IMG/VR virus record: IMGVR_UViG_2617270952_000006
Strand: one strand, 5' to 3'
Length of the DNA stretch: 43,639 nucleotides
From: a virus
Lineage: Duplodnaviria; Heunggongvirae; Uroviricota; Caudoviricetes
The position numbers and the translations under genes are program-made. Under the pieces are notes generated by a model. The model was not told where the DNA came from. It saw only the letters and a list, made by a program, of their open reading frames with translations, and did not search any database. How positions within the stretch are numbered: position 1 is the stretch's first letter; every line of letters starts with the position of its first letter. Shown here piece after piece: positions 8,769 to 18,372 of the stretch.

Positions 8769-9304
8769 TGCTGCACACAATTCATTTCTTATGCCCCGTT
8801 AACACCGCCACTGTTGGGCAACTTCAGAACCACTGTCTCACCGCATTATCTCAAGGCGCAACTGAATTAAATATCCATATATCAAGTCAGGGAGGGGAAA
8901 CTGCCGCTGGTTTTACTGCGTATAACTTTCTTAAGTCACTCCCTGTTACCGTTAGAACTCACAACATAAGCAATGTTGAATCCATAGCTAATATCGTTTT
9001 CCTGGCTGGCTCAGAACGTTTCGCAAACCCATTATCAAGATTCCTGTTACATCCTCTATTATGGGGCTTTGCCTCCCCAGCCGCCGACCATGCCAGACTG
9101 AGAGAGTACGGGAAATGCCTCGATAACGATCTTGATCGCTTCGTTGAGACGTTCAATATCGACATCGGAACCCATATTAGGTGGGCATCCCTGATAGCAG
9201 ACTCGACCATTTTGGATGCTAACAAGGCTCTTGAGCATGGCATAATTAATTCCATAAAAACTGCAAGGCTGGCATCCAATCAGGCAAACTGGTGGGTTGT
9301 TTGA
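8768..9304 (+). CDS. ClpP-family (S14-like) serine protease paralogue lacking the ClpP N-terminal region
   Basis: 178 aa collinear with ClpP: ISSQGGETAAG, NVESIAN (Ser), RFANPLSRFLLHPL (His), ADSTILDANKALEHGIINSI (Asp). Start overlaps the mnt stop (TAATG). Confidence 0.7.
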   Translation: MLHTIHFLCPVNTATVGQLQNHCLTALSQGATELNIHISSQGGETAAGFTAYNFLKSLPVTVRTHNISNVESIANIVFLAGSERFANPLSRFLLHPLLWGFASPAADHARLREYGKCLDNDLDRFVETFNIDIGTHIRWASLIADSTILDANKALEHGIINSIKTARLASNQANWWVV

Positions 9305-9330
9305 TGGGTAAATCATGATTACTCCTTATA

Positions 9331-9356
9331 AAAAACCCACCTGACGGTGGGGTTCA
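9331..9356. terminator. Bidirectional terminator between the ClpP-like gene and the lipoprotein gene
   Basis: aaaaa-cccacc-tgac-ggtggg-gttcattt. Confidence 0.6.
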
Positions 9357-9360
9357 TTTC

Positions 9361-9780
9361 TTAATCTTGCTTCGTGGAAGGTATAAGAGATGCATTTGCC
9401 TCTTTTGGCTTCAATGTATACATCCCACCATTAAATGGATCAACAGCAAGCCAACCAATTAACCCACCAAACACAAGGTTTCCACCAATATACCAACCAT
9501 TAGCATTGGCTTTGATTGGCAGGGTAACTGGTTCGTACCCATCCTTCTCCATAGTGATCTGGTAGCTCTTTTTGCCAAAATAGCTACCATCTGACTTGGC
9601 GAGTGTTACACCTTGTGGAGTCTTACCTTGCGCAACAATCACACCCGATTCATCTTTTACCTTAAAGCTCGCGCCAGAAGGATTGCTGTTCACTTGCACA
9701 AGTTGCGTTTCATCACCAACAATAGTTGCGCACCCAGATAACATGATAACGCCAGCAACGACGCTAATAATCCTCTTCAT
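9361..9780 (-). CDS. Lipoprotein with PEGA-like domain (moron at the P22 sieA position)
   Basis: MKRIISVVAGVIMLSGC lipobox signal; NPSGASFKV PEGA-like motif; glycine-rich hydrophobic C-terminal segment. Confidence 0.7.
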   Translation of the reverse strand: MKRIISVVAGVIMLSGCATIVGDETQLVQVNSNPSGASFKVKDESGVIVAQGKTPQGVTLAKSDGSYFGKKSYQITMEKDGYEPVTLPIKANANGWYIGGNLVFGGLIGWLAVDPFNGGMYTLKPKEANASLIPSTKQD

Positions 9781-9897
9781 ATCAATTTCCATATTTAAAA
9801 AACCGGAAACATCCTAATGACAAAACATTCAAATGTGAAGTAGGCAAAAGATGTTTACTTTTTTCATGGTATCCTGCTCAAAACTAAGGAGGTTGGT

Positions 9898-10125
9898 GTG
9901 AAGCGATGGTTCCTCATAATTACTGTTTTCGCGATCATTTACACTATTTTCCCTGCATTAAAAGCACCAATGCAAATAATTTCACTAGCAATAATTTCGA
10001 TTGGTGCTTTCATTGCAGTAGCCGTACTTGTGTTTAAGGTTTTAAAGTTTTTAGTTTGGCTATCAAAAGATGATGGATGCAAAGTTCATCAAGAAAAAGA
10101 AGGCAAAATAACCAAAGTTGACTAA
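9898..10125 (+). CDS. Small two-TM membrane protein (GTG start)
   Basis: Strong SD aaggagg 5 nt before the GTG; two hydrophobic helices then a charged tail. Confidence 0.6.
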   Translation: MKRWFLIITVFAIIYTIFPALKAPMQIISLAIISIGAFIAVAVLVFKVLKFLVWLSKDDGCKVHQEKEGKITKVD

Positions 10126-12245
10126 CTGTCACTAGCGAGCCATGTAATAATCCCCGTGCGGGCAATGGTTTTTGCTTCATCTGTTGATAAGGTTTTCTCC
10201 CATCTCTTAAATGCCCCAGATTGCATCAGTTTCCTTTCTATTGCGCGTCTCACTTCTGCTCTGTCTACTGGTGCGTTTTGCAGGCGAAATAGCATTGATT
10301 TAAACTCAGGAGAAGATAGCAGAGCATCAGCAGCCTTTATCCTGCTTGTTTTCCCTGACATCAATGCAGACGTTATCACCCCTGTTGCACCTACACCAGG
10401 GAGACCAGATAAGCTTGTAATACCTTCCGCCGCAGCAGCTTTTGAGGCTATTCCATAAATTTTTGCGAGACTACCCTTTTCTTTCAGAAAGTTATTAACT
10501 TGCTGATCCACAAGACTACTAGCATACTGCTTACCAGTATTGAGTCTATTCATAGCCTTAGCTGCTTGATAAATCGTATCAAGGCGCTTTGATGCATCTG
10601 TGCCAATAGCATCACGGAGAGCCTTCATATTGGCCCCATTGCGTGACATTCCGTTATACCATTTTACAAATCCATCAACTCCTAATTGCTGACCAGGTGA
10701 TTTGGCATAGCTGGTAAATGCTTTATTCATTGAGGTGAGCGCAACTTCCTGCCGCATATCCTTTGGAATCGACTTCATTAATTGCCTAAAGTCGCCACCG
10801 TTTCCTTTTGCCATATTAACAACAGCACTTTCAACTTTTGGAATTGCTGATTGCTGAAGTTTTCTACCCAAGACGGTTACAGCATCATCTTCAATGGATT
10901 TTCGTTTTTTTACCAACTCCTTACCAAGCGTCCATAATTCCCCTGCGCCATATTTTTCTGCGACAGCCTGTTGGTCATCTGTTATGGCTGCATATAACTT
11001 TTTAAGAACACCTGTTTCTTCATCCTTGAATGGACCAGAGCCTTTGCCAATAGCTTGTCCAACCTGCTTTCTAGCGAGATCTAAACGCCCATACGTTGGC
11101 AAGGTGTTTGGATCAAGTCGGTTCAATGTCCGCTTCATTATTGGAGATAATTCATCAATTCCACCTATGTCATCAGCAAAATCCTCTAAAAAATTCAATG
11201 TATTAGTTGCCTCAATCCGGTCTCTTACAGGAACCTTTTCGGCAATTTTGTTGTAGATGTTATCTGACTGATTTTGTAATGATGAAATGGTTTTATCAAA
11301 ATTATCTGCAAGCCTGTCAGAAACCAGTTGCTTATCAAGGCTTCCCCCAAATGAAGTTATCATTTCATCAGCTTTTCTTCCTAATTCAGTAATAAAACGC
11401 TTATGCGCCTCACTAATCTCTGTTCCAGGGAGACTTGCCACTGCATTATCAAGAGCCCTGACAGCAGGATTATTAGAGATCATGCCTGGAGTGGCATAAT
11501 TTTCCAGTTCTAGCTCACGAATAGCATTTATCGCGTTAAAATCAGGATTAACTTCATCGGCGAAATCTTGAATAGCTCGTTGCCCGCCGATAAATTTATT
11601 GTCCATTGCGCCAGCAGCTTTCTTTAACGTTGCTTTAGATGATTTACTACCCATCCCTACGGATGAGCGATAAATATCTCCGGCACTATTTTTAATTTTT
11701 CCTGCAATCTTCCCAAGCGCTGGACCAACAATCTCGGCTACAGGGCCAGCCACAGCGCCAATAGCAGCGCCGGAAGCAACATCGCTATTTGTTCCATTGG
11801 CTACAATAGCCCCTTCTCCAGCACCAAGCCCTGCGGCGGCAGCCAGCCTTGCCGCCCCTTTCGGAACCTGAGAAATAATCCCACCACCACTAACAAATGG
11901 CGCTGCTTGTCCAACGAACTCACCAACATCTTGTGCGGTTGATGGTTTTGCCGCTAACTTCTGCTGTAGAGACTGAATTGCGGCTTGCTCTTCTGGTGTC
12001 ATGTCCTGAAACAGGCCAACACCTTTACCAACATCCATCAATCCACTGAGAACGCCATACATAAAACGGTCGAAGCCGTTAGCATTATTAACAACATTTT
12101 CCTGTCTGGAATTTTCCTCTAGTGAAACCAAAGGAGATTGCTGCTGTTCTGGTTGTGCATCAAGCACAAAGCCATCAGGAAGCTGTGAGTTATCAGGCTG
12201 TTCATCCAGAACAAACCCCTCTGGTAAACCTACATTGGTTGCCAT
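10122..12245 (-). CDS. Ejection (DNA transfer) protein, P22 gp16 homologue
   Basis: 707 aa, last of the three ejection-protein genes in P22 order gp7-gp20-gp16; Gly/Ala-rich regions. Confidence 0.8.
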   Translation of the reverse strand: MATNVGLPEGFVLDEQPDNSQLPDGFVLDAQPEQQQSPLVSLEENSRQENVVNNANGFDRFMYGVLSGLMDVGKGVGLFQDMTPEEQAAIQSLQQKLAAKPSTAQDVGEFVGQAAPFVSGGGIISQVPKGAARLAAAAGLGAGEGAIVANGTNSDVASGAAIGAVAGPVAEIVGPALGKIAGKIKNSAGDIYRSSVGMGSKSSKATLKKAAGAMDNKFIGGQRAIQDFADEVNPDFNAINAIRELELENYATPGMISNNPAVRALDNAVASLPGTEISEAHKRFITELGRKADEMITSFGGSLDKQLVSDRLADNFDKTISSLQNQSDNIYNKIAEKVPVRDRIEATNTLNFLEDFADDIGGIDELSPIMKRTLNRLDPNTLPTYGRLDLARKQVGQAIGKGSGPFKDEETGVLKKLYAAITDDQQAVAEKYGAGELWTLGKELVKKRKSIEDDAVTVLGRKLQQSAIPKVESAVVNMAKGNGGDFRQLMKSIPKDMRQEVALTSMNKAFTSYAKSPGQQLGVDGFVKWYNGMSRNGANMKALRDAIGTDASKRLDTIYQAAKAMNRLNTGKQYASSLVDQQVNNFLKEKGSLAKIYGIASKAAAAEGITSLSGLPGVGATGVITSALMSGKTSRIKAADALLSSPEFKSMLFRLQNAPVDRAEVRRAIERKLMQSGAFKRWEKTLSTDEAKTIARTGIITWLASDS

Positions 12246-13579
12246 TGTCCGTTCCTGTAAATAATTTTCTGACCAGTTTTAGGATTTTTCGCGGTCATAC
12301 CTTCTCGAAATGTTTGACCGCCAGATGTTGCTTGTTGTGTCTGTTGTTGCGCAGGCTGCTGAATATCTTCATACAGCTTGGCTTTTCTGGATTGCAATTG
12401 CTTAGTTAGTCCGCTGGGGAGAGAATCCCCATAAGTTGAAAGATAATCATCCATTTGCTGATTAAACTTTTCTCCTTCAGTATTTGCCATCAGTTTTGAG
12501 GTGTTGATTAAGTCTTGGACTTGCTCATTATTCAGCATCTTGCCGTTAGATAATTGGCTAACATAGTTACCAAGTGTGCCAAATATTCCATCAGTGCGTT
12601 TTACCTGCACTTGCTCACCTTCGCGTACCACAGATTGCGGATCCAGCGATTTCATATAGTTGAAAATCATTCCCAACTGCGCGGCTGGAGTGTTGCGCTT
12701 CCCAAGGGCTTGTAGGTTGTCAGAAGCACTGCGCATTGCAGAATAATTCTTTGAGAACCCATTAATATCACTATTCAGATCTCGAACAAGTTTTGGGTCA
12801 ATCTTTCCGCTTTCCTGTTGTTTCATCCCTAATTCCTGCAACTTCAGGGCTACGTTATCATTATGCATTTGTGCCCGCTGAGCCCTGTCTAGTTGAGCGT
12901 TTTGGATATTTGCCCATCCTCTCGCGTTCTCCATGTCAGCCTGACGAATGCTTTCATCCAATCGCCCTTTCTCAAGTTGGCGACCAACCATCTTATCCTG
13001 ATAATCCAGCATTTTATCCGGACCAACAGCCCCTAGCGTCATAGTAGTCAGCATGTGTGATAGCTGCTCTGGATTCTGAATACCTGTCTGAATCATCCAG
13101 TCAGCATTCGCCCCCACGCGATTTAACCTGTCCTTGTTGTCAGTAATGAATTTACTGTAGGCTTCCGGTCCCTGAGAAAGAGCGACGTTAGCCCTCATGG
13201 CTAAATCGCCCATATCGTTGCGTTGCTGCTCATTAAGACCGGAAAACGCCTGTTGTGCCTGTGCAACAAACGCTGGATTTTCCTGGGCAAACTTAAATAG
13301 TCCCGATGGATCACCAGAAGCCCATGCATCAGCGTGAACCTTATTGAACGCACTAATCGCTTTCTGTTGCTGTTCCTGATTGTAAATATCAGCAACTCCA
13401 GCCAGACCACGTAACGCGGTCAGACCAACGTTATTTGCCCCTGAGCGAGCCAGTTCATTGTTTTCGCGGATCAGACCAAGCGTTGCGTTAATGTCGCTTG
13501 CCTTTGGCGCATTCTCATTTTGCGTACCGATGCCAGCCAGAAAACCACCAGAATTAATACCCTGTTGCCACGTAGCCAT
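12230..13579 (-). CDS. Ejection protein, P22 gp20 homologue
   Basis: 449 aa, position between the gp7 and gp16 homologues; size close to P22 gp20. Confidence 0.8.
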   Translation of the reverse strand: MATWQQGINSGGFLAGIGTQNENAPKASDINATLGLIRENNELARSGANNVGLTALRGLAGVADIYNQEQQQKAISAFNKVHADAWASGDPSGLFKFAQENPAFVAQAQQAFSGLNEQQRNDMGDLAMRANVALSQGPEAYSKFITDNKDRLNRVGANADWMIQTGIQNPEQLSHMLTTMTLGAVGPDKMLDYQDKMVGRQLEKGRLDESIRQADMENARGWANIQNAQLDRAQRAQMHNDNVALKLQELGMKQQESGKIDPKLVRDLNSDINGFSKNYSAMRSASDNLQALGKRNTPAAQLGMIFNYMKSLDPQSVVREGEQVQVKRTDGIFGTLGNYVSQLSNGKMLNNEQVQDLINTSKLMANTEGEKFNQQMDDYLSTYGDSLPSGLTKQLQSRKAKLYEDIQQPAQQQTQQATSGGQTFREGMTAKNPKTGQKIIYRNGQWQPM

Positions 13580-13589
13580 TGATTACCCC

Positions 13590-14282
13590 TTAAAACAACG
13601 AGCCAAGCAGACCAAGACCAGCACCGATACCAGCACCCCACGGAGTTGATAGCTCGAGAGCACTGGCTATGCCACCACCCAAAAGCGCACCGGATGCAGC
13701 ACCACTAACCCCCTGCTGCAATGCTGACGGTCGGTTGGCGTTTGCCGCTGCAAGAGCCGCGCTTTGCTGTGAAATCTGACTCATGTTGTTGGCATATGTT
13801 TGCCCGGCGTTTGCCTGACCTTGCAGTGCGCCAAGACCAATATTTGCCAGATTCTGGTAGTTGTTCATCTGACCAGATAGCCATTGCTGACCAAGCGTTG
13901 GTGCGATTGTTGCTAACTGATTACTGGTTGCGGTGGAACCCAATCCACCTGTTGCTTCCGCTGCCGCCAGACTCTGATAGCGAGCCTGACCAGCAAGATC
14001 TTTGTACTGCTGAGAGTTGTAATACTGGTTAAGCGCCTGACCTTGCCCCTCCAGAGACGATAAGTTTTCGAGGCTTACGACATACTTATCAGCCAGAGGA
14101 GTAAACGGCTTCAGGTTGTTCATGATGGTGTTGAACTGCTGATTTTGCAGGTCTGCTGCATACTTCTGAGCTTCTGCGGCATACTTTGCGCTTTTATCAG
14201 AACTGCCACCTTTCCCACCCTTTTCAGGGCAATAAGGTTCCTCGCCGCGCAGTTTTCTGCCCAGCTTAAATGCATATAACAT
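13590..14282 (-). CDS. Ejection protein, P22 gp7 homologue
   Basis: 230 aa, Q/N/A/G-rich with Gly-rich hydrophobic C terminus; position and size as P22 gp7. Confidence 0.8.
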   Translation of the reverse strand: MLYAFKLGRKLRGEEPYCPEKGGKGGSSDKSAKYAAEAQKYAADLQNQQFNTIMNNLKPFTPLADKYVVSLENLSSLEGQGQALNQYYNSQQYKDLAGQARYQSLAAAEATGGLGSTATSNQLATIAPTLGQQWLSGQMNNYQNLANIGLGALQGQANAGQTYANNMSQISQQSAALAAANANRPSALQQGVSGAASGALLGGGIASALELSTPWGAGIGAGLGLLGSLF

Positions 14283-14284
14283 GG

Positions 14285-14740
14285 CTATCTCCCGTGATTC
14301 AGGAAGTCGATTAGTTCTTCGCGTGTGGCGCTGTAAAACGTCACGTCATCCACGCCTTTGAAGTATTTCTTGATGGTTCCTACACGCTTAAGGCCAATCA
14401 TTGCGCAGTACATCTGCCCGTGGCGGAATTTGCGCGCAGCGAACGATGTGACGCACTGAACGGTGGTGTTAGTCAGAATGTATCGCCAGAACGCCAGCCC
14501 GATTTCCTTGCTGAATCCACGAACCTCTGGCAGGTACATGGCGTGGCAATCAAAGGTCAAAGGCTGAATCTCCTGATAGTAAACAATGCCGCCGAACTGC
14601 CCGTGCACGTTCACCTCGAAGTAACGGCATTCAGGCTTGTAGTCGTATCCATCACCGTTGTTGCTCCCGGCGATAATGTCGGGGGGATTTCCCACGGCTT
14701 CTATCAGGTCGATGTTTCGCGTTGGTTTGAACTGAATCAT
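14285..14740 (-). CDS. P22 gp14-position protein (ejection-protein assembly)
   Basis: 151 aa between the tail needle and gp7 homologues, tightly packed. Confidence 0.65.
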   Translation of the reverse strand: MIQFKPTRNIDLIEAVGNPPDIIAGSNNGDGYDYKPECRYFEVNVHGQFGGIVYYQEIQPLTFDCHAMYLPEVRGFSKEIGLAFWRYILTNTTVQCVTSFAARKFRHGQMYCAMIGLKRVGTIKKYFKGVDDVTFYSATREELIDFLNHGR

Positions 14741-15588
14741 TACTGCTCCGCGATTATCTTGATGGTTGTGGCAGTAAACGCCGCACCATTCGACTGAATG
14801 GTTAACGTGCTGCCATTTGTGGCAAGAAAGCCGTCTTTATCCACGCTGAAGAACGTAGCTAACAGGATGTTGTCGGTTGTTGTCGCCGCATTACGACTGC
14901 TGACCAACGTGTCAGGAACAGAGCCGGAAAAGGTTAGCTGCATTGACCTGTTGGCGGTTCCGCTGGGCCACGTCCCGACGATCGACAGCTTGAAGAACAA
15001 GGTTTTGTTCTCGTTGAACACAACCATCTTGTTGTTAACGGTGTCGAAGAATGGTGCCAACGTGCCGGATGACGGCGTGAGCGTTTTCAGCAGGCTAACA
15101 AGGTTGGTCGGCGCTGTCGGGATGGTTACAGATACGCCAGAGTAAACAACCTCTGACTTCTTGCGAGTAGTGGCATACTCCAGAGCATCGATGCGCGTTT
15201 CATGGTCTGAAAGCGTATTTTGAATGGCGACAACTTCATCCGTCAGGTAATCAATATCGTTTTCTGCTGTCGTTAATCGTGAATCAAGGCCGACTATCGC
15301 CGCTTCTGCGTTAGTGATCCTTGTTTCGTGGTCCTGAATCTTAGTTTCAGCTGATGCCAGTCGAATTTCGTGATCGACAAGAATCACATCCTGCTCATCG
15401 TTCCTGACTTGTGCGTCATAAGCGCCCTGTCCGGCCTCGTTGGCTTTGTTAGCCACGTTACCAACATCAGTGCCCTGTGCGATAACGTAAAGCAGATACG
15501 ACTGCGAGAAGATATTGCGTGGAAGGACTGATGTGTCGAGCCGTGTAGCCTGAATGATTACCGGCACATTGAGATTCGAATCCGCCAT
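14740..15588 (-). CDS. Tail needle (P22 gp26 family) with Sf6-type C-terminal knob
   Basis: 282 aa; N-terminal [43 protein letters not shown], heptad coiled coil, beta-rich C-terminal domain. Confidence 0.88.
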   Translation of the reverse strand: MADSNLNVPVIIQATRLDTSVLPRNIFSQSYLLYVIAQGTDVGNVANKANEAGQGAYDAQVRNDEQDVILVDHEIRLASAETKIQDHETRITNAEAAIVGLDSRLTTAENDIDYLTDEVVAIQNTLSDHETRIDALEYATTRKKSEVVYSGVSVTIPTAPTNLVSLLKTLTPSSGTLAPFFDTVNNKMVVFNENKTLFFKLSIVGTWPSGTANRSMQLTFSGSVPDTLVSSRNAATTTDNILLATFFSVDKDGFLATNGSTLTIQSNGAAFTATTIKIIAEQ

Positions 15589-17006
15589 TACTCAATCCTT
15601 ATCTGAGCGCCAGACAGAGTGACAGGTGACTTCGTGATAACGCGCAATTTGAAGCCGACATTTTTCCTGATGCGTCCGACACGCTTCCACAAAACGCGTT
15701 TGTCGTAAACGAACGGTTCATTCTGCTCAATCATCTGCTCACGACCGTAATTGATGCCGTCAGTGGTTGCAGAGAGGAACAGGCGGTCAGCATACTGCGC
15801 AACACCAGTCGATGATTCCACCTCCAGATCAAAGCATCTGGCGTTATCCGCTTTGAACAACGGAGTAAACAGCAGGTGTTCCTGCTGCTTGTCGTACTGG
15901 CTGCTGATATCGAACTGTAATTTCCCGGTCACGGATTCCAGCTTATCGCCGCACGTTATCTGATTGCCTTCGTAAATGAAGTCGATAGCGCGGTACACAT
16001 CGTCATACAGTCCTGTTTTCAGTACGCACCATTGCGGACCATTGGCGCTTGAAGATGCGTCGTACACGAGAACATGGCGCGGAAGGTGGATAATCAGCAA
16101 CTCATGAGCATCAAATCGCAGCGATTCCATCACACCATCAGCCAGCTCATCAGCAGTGTAGGAGCGGAGTATTTTCTCAATGCTCGCGCTGGCGATTGGT
16201 GACACCTGACCGGAGCCGATAATGTATACAGACGGCGCACCCGTTGCCGGATTGCTGATAAACGCATAGGAATCAGCAAACGGCGTTTTGCAGTAAGTTC
16301 CGGCGATGCCTTTTTGCACCATCAGTGATGGCTGTGCGACATACAAAGCAGCACCAACGGTGGTTGCGCCAGTCAGGGAGAAATATTCAATCGTCGATGA
16401 ACCAAAGCAGACGATGAAGTCTCGCCATGTGCCGATACCGATGATGCCGTCCGGCTGCGACTCGGCACGATATTGTGCGCTGTAACGGTCAGGATGCGAT
16501 TCGTCTTCAAGGTCAGTGATAAACCATGAATCAGTGCCGTCTTTTGACCACGCATAACGCCCACGCAAGCGCGTAATGTCACGAACCGAACCTAACTCAT
16601 ACTGAGTGAATCCGCTATCTGCAGGCCAGTTTGAGACGGTTTTAACCGTTCCATCATAGCGATACTCGACCAGTTGACCATTAAAGCCTACAGCCTGAGA
16701 TGTTCGACCATGCGCCATTGATACGCGACCACTTCCGGCAACATCACCGACCTCGCTTTCGCCCTTATACAGCTTGCCACCACACACGCGATAAACAGCA
16801 TTCTGCGCCATGTTGTACTCGACGCCTCGCGATACGCCGTTCACATCAGAACGTTTGGCAATGCCCGGGAATGAGCGAAGATATCCCGATGAATTCAACA
16901 CCTCCTTGGGCGTAGCTAAAAGATTGACTGGAAGTTGGTCTATATAATCAGCATTAACCGAACTTTTCCCCAAGCCCTTCATTAGTGGTAGTTGTTGTAT
17001 TGCCAT
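15588..17006 (-). CDS. Tail accessory / portal-channel plug protein, P22 gp10 homologue
   Basis: [14 protein letters not shown]... 472 aa, near-collinear with P22 gp10 as I remember it. The first 53 nt overlap the 3' end of the upstream HNH gene. Confidence 0.9.
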   Translation of the reverse strand: MAIQQLPLMKGLGKSSVNADYIDQLPVNLLATPKEVLNSSGYLRSFPGIAKRSDVNGVSRGVEYNMAQNAVYRVCGGKLYKGESEVGDVAGSGRVSMAHGRTSQAVGFNGQLVEYRYDGTVKTVSNWPADSGFTQYELGSVRDITRLRGRYAWSKDGTDSWFITDLEDESHPDRYSAQYRAESQPDGIIGIGTWRDFIVCFGSSTIEYFSLTGATTVGAALYVAQPSLMVQKGIAGTYCKTPFADSYAFISNPATGAPSVYIIGSGQVSPIASASIEKILRSYTADELADGVMESLRFDAHELLIIHLPRHVLVYDASSSANGPQWCVLKTGLYDDVYRAIDFIYEGNQITCGDKLESVTGKLQFDISSQYDKQQEHLLFTPLFKADNARCFDLEVESSTGVAQYADRLFLSATTDGINYGREQMIEQNEPFVYDKRVLWKRVGRIRKNVGFKLRVITKSPVTLSGAQIRIE

Positions 17007-17538
17007 TGGAATCAACCTTTATATGAACCCAGTTAGCATCACGCTTTAGCCTACTTGCCCAGGTCTTAGATATCCCGTACTTAGCCGCAATTACTGACAA
17101 GCTTTCTTTTGATGACTTGATTGCAAGAACATCGTCATCACTCAACTTGTGTTTTGGGTGCTTGGTTCCGAAAAACTTGATTGGTTTCTTTAATCCGGTG
17201 GCGTATGCATGTTTTATGTTTTCGCTTTGAGTGCACCACTCAAGATTATTGACGTTATTATTGAGTGGATTGCCATCAATATGATTTACCTGAGGCTTGT
17301 TTTCAGGATTTGGCAGGAATGTCATTGCAACGATTCGATGGGCAAAAGTCCATTTTGCTCCGATATTATAAAGCACCCTTCCCTGATTGATTTTAGGCTT
17401 TAACCAGCGCCCCTTTCTGAGTTGCGTGCTGCCATGCGCAGCCTTAACAACACGTGAGTGAGAATATACCCTGCCATCTTCTGTTACGGCATAAACACCT
17501 TCAAATCCAGGTATATCTTTAGCATTCTCAGAAAGCAT
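16954..17538 (-). CDS. Free-standing HNH homing endonuclease (NUMOD4 - HNH - C-terminal HTH)
   Basis: IPGFEGVYAVTEDGRVYS (NUMOD4-like), VNHIDGNPLNNNVNNLEWCTQSEN (HNH), LSVIAAKYGISKTWASRLKR (HTH); strong SD aaggag. Confidence 0.88.
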   Translation of the reverse strand: MLSENAKDIPGFEGVYAVTEDGRVYSHSRVVKAAHGSTQLRKGRWLKPKINQGRVLYNIGAKWTFAHRIVAMTFLPNPENKPQVNHIDGNPLNNNVNNLEWCTQSENIKHAYATGLKKPIKFFGTKHPKHKLSDDDVLAIKSSKESLSVIAAKYGISKTWASRLKRDANWVHIKVDSNGNTTTTTNEGLGEKFG

Positions 17539-17574
17539 ATCTACTCCTTAAAGTTTCGATTTTTCATGTACTTA

Positions 17575-17679
17575 TTATATCAAAATTGCCAACATATTCA
17601 CTGGCAGATAGTCGATATAGTCGGCGTTTCGAAAGTCTTTGCCGACACCTTTCATAAGCGGAAGTTGCTGAATAGTCAT
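17575..17679 (-). pseudogene. Orphaned original 5' end of gp10 (31 homologous codons, then ILI-stop)
   Basis: 8 nt after the gp4 stop: ATG ACT ATT CAG CAA CTT CCG... = [31 protein letters not shown], a second copy of the gp10 N terminus. Confidence 0.85.
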
Positions 17680-17687
17680 TTATTCAC

Positions 17688-18170
17688 CTATGCGTTTGGG
17701 ATATCGCCATCAATCAGAGGGAGATCGCGTGGATAATATCGGTCAGATGTGAACACGTCATATTTATTACCCTGTCCTACAGGAAAATCTCCACGTCGTC
17801 GTATTGAAGGAACAACCAGAGTGTCGGTCATCAAGGCATCATATGAGCGTTGGGCGTTACTGAGAACTTGCGGAGTTGGTTCAAGGCTGTAATCAGATAG
17901 CATTCTCAGCAATAACTGATAGCCTACAGCGTGTTTGTATTTTCTTGGAAGACCTGACTCATCATCTGGTAATGGCTGCTCATCTCCAGTTGCGAAAGCG
18001 TAACCAATGTCGCCGGGGTTAATCATCCACTCGGACATCATATCTTCCAGATCAATTACACCATCTTCAATTGATTGCGGCTCAACATCAGTCAGCGATG
18101 CATTAGAAGCAATAGCAAACTTACGAAGCGCAAAAAGGACGATCTCACCCTTTGTCAGTACTGTTGCCAT
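17688..18170 (-). CDS. Head-completion / tail adaptor protein, P22 gp4 homologue
   Basis: 160 aa, position between the coat region and gp10 as in P22/Sf6. Confidence 0.8.
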   Translation of the reverse strand: MATVLTKGEIVLFALRKFAIASNASLTDVEPQSIEDGVIDLEDMMSEWMINPGDIGYAFATGDEQPLPDDESGLPRKYKHAVGYQLLLRMLSDYSLEPTPQVLSNAQRSYDALMTDTLVVPSIRRRGDFPVGQGNKYDVFTSDRYYPRDLPLIDGDIPNA

Positions 18171-18330
18171 TGTCTGCCGCCTTACGACCTCGCTTACTGG
18201 TCGGTTTCAATTCATCAACTGAGGCAACAAAGCCCAACTTTTCGAAAAACTGGAAGTCTTTTTCTGCGATAACGGCCTGTACATGCCCGGATTCGTTATC
18301 TGCGGCAAGGAATACACTCATGCGATCCAT
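18145..18330 (-). CDS. Small hypothetical protein between coat and gp4
   Basis: 61-aa ORF starting just after the coat terminator; overlaps the gp4 start. Confidence 0.45.
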   Translation of the reverse strand: MDRMSVFLAADNESGHVQAVIAEKDFQFFEKLGFVASVDELKPTSKRGRKAADNGNSTDKG

Positions 18331-18342
18331 ATTGTTTCCTTA

Positions 18343-18368
18343 AAACATAAAAGGGGCGGAAGCCCCTT
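18343..18368 (-). terminator. Intrinsic terminator / attenuator after the coat gene
   Basis: Minus strand aaggggc-ttcc-gcccctt followed by ttatgtttt. Confidence 0.7.
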
Positions 18369-18372
18369 GTTA

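Noticed and set aside
14420-14797. Plus-strand ORFs antisense to late genes (also 14798-15145, 20677-21129, 22743-23186, 23367-23717, 24150-24479)
   Set aside because: All lie opposite well-supported structural or terminase genes, lack RBSs, and have odd composition.
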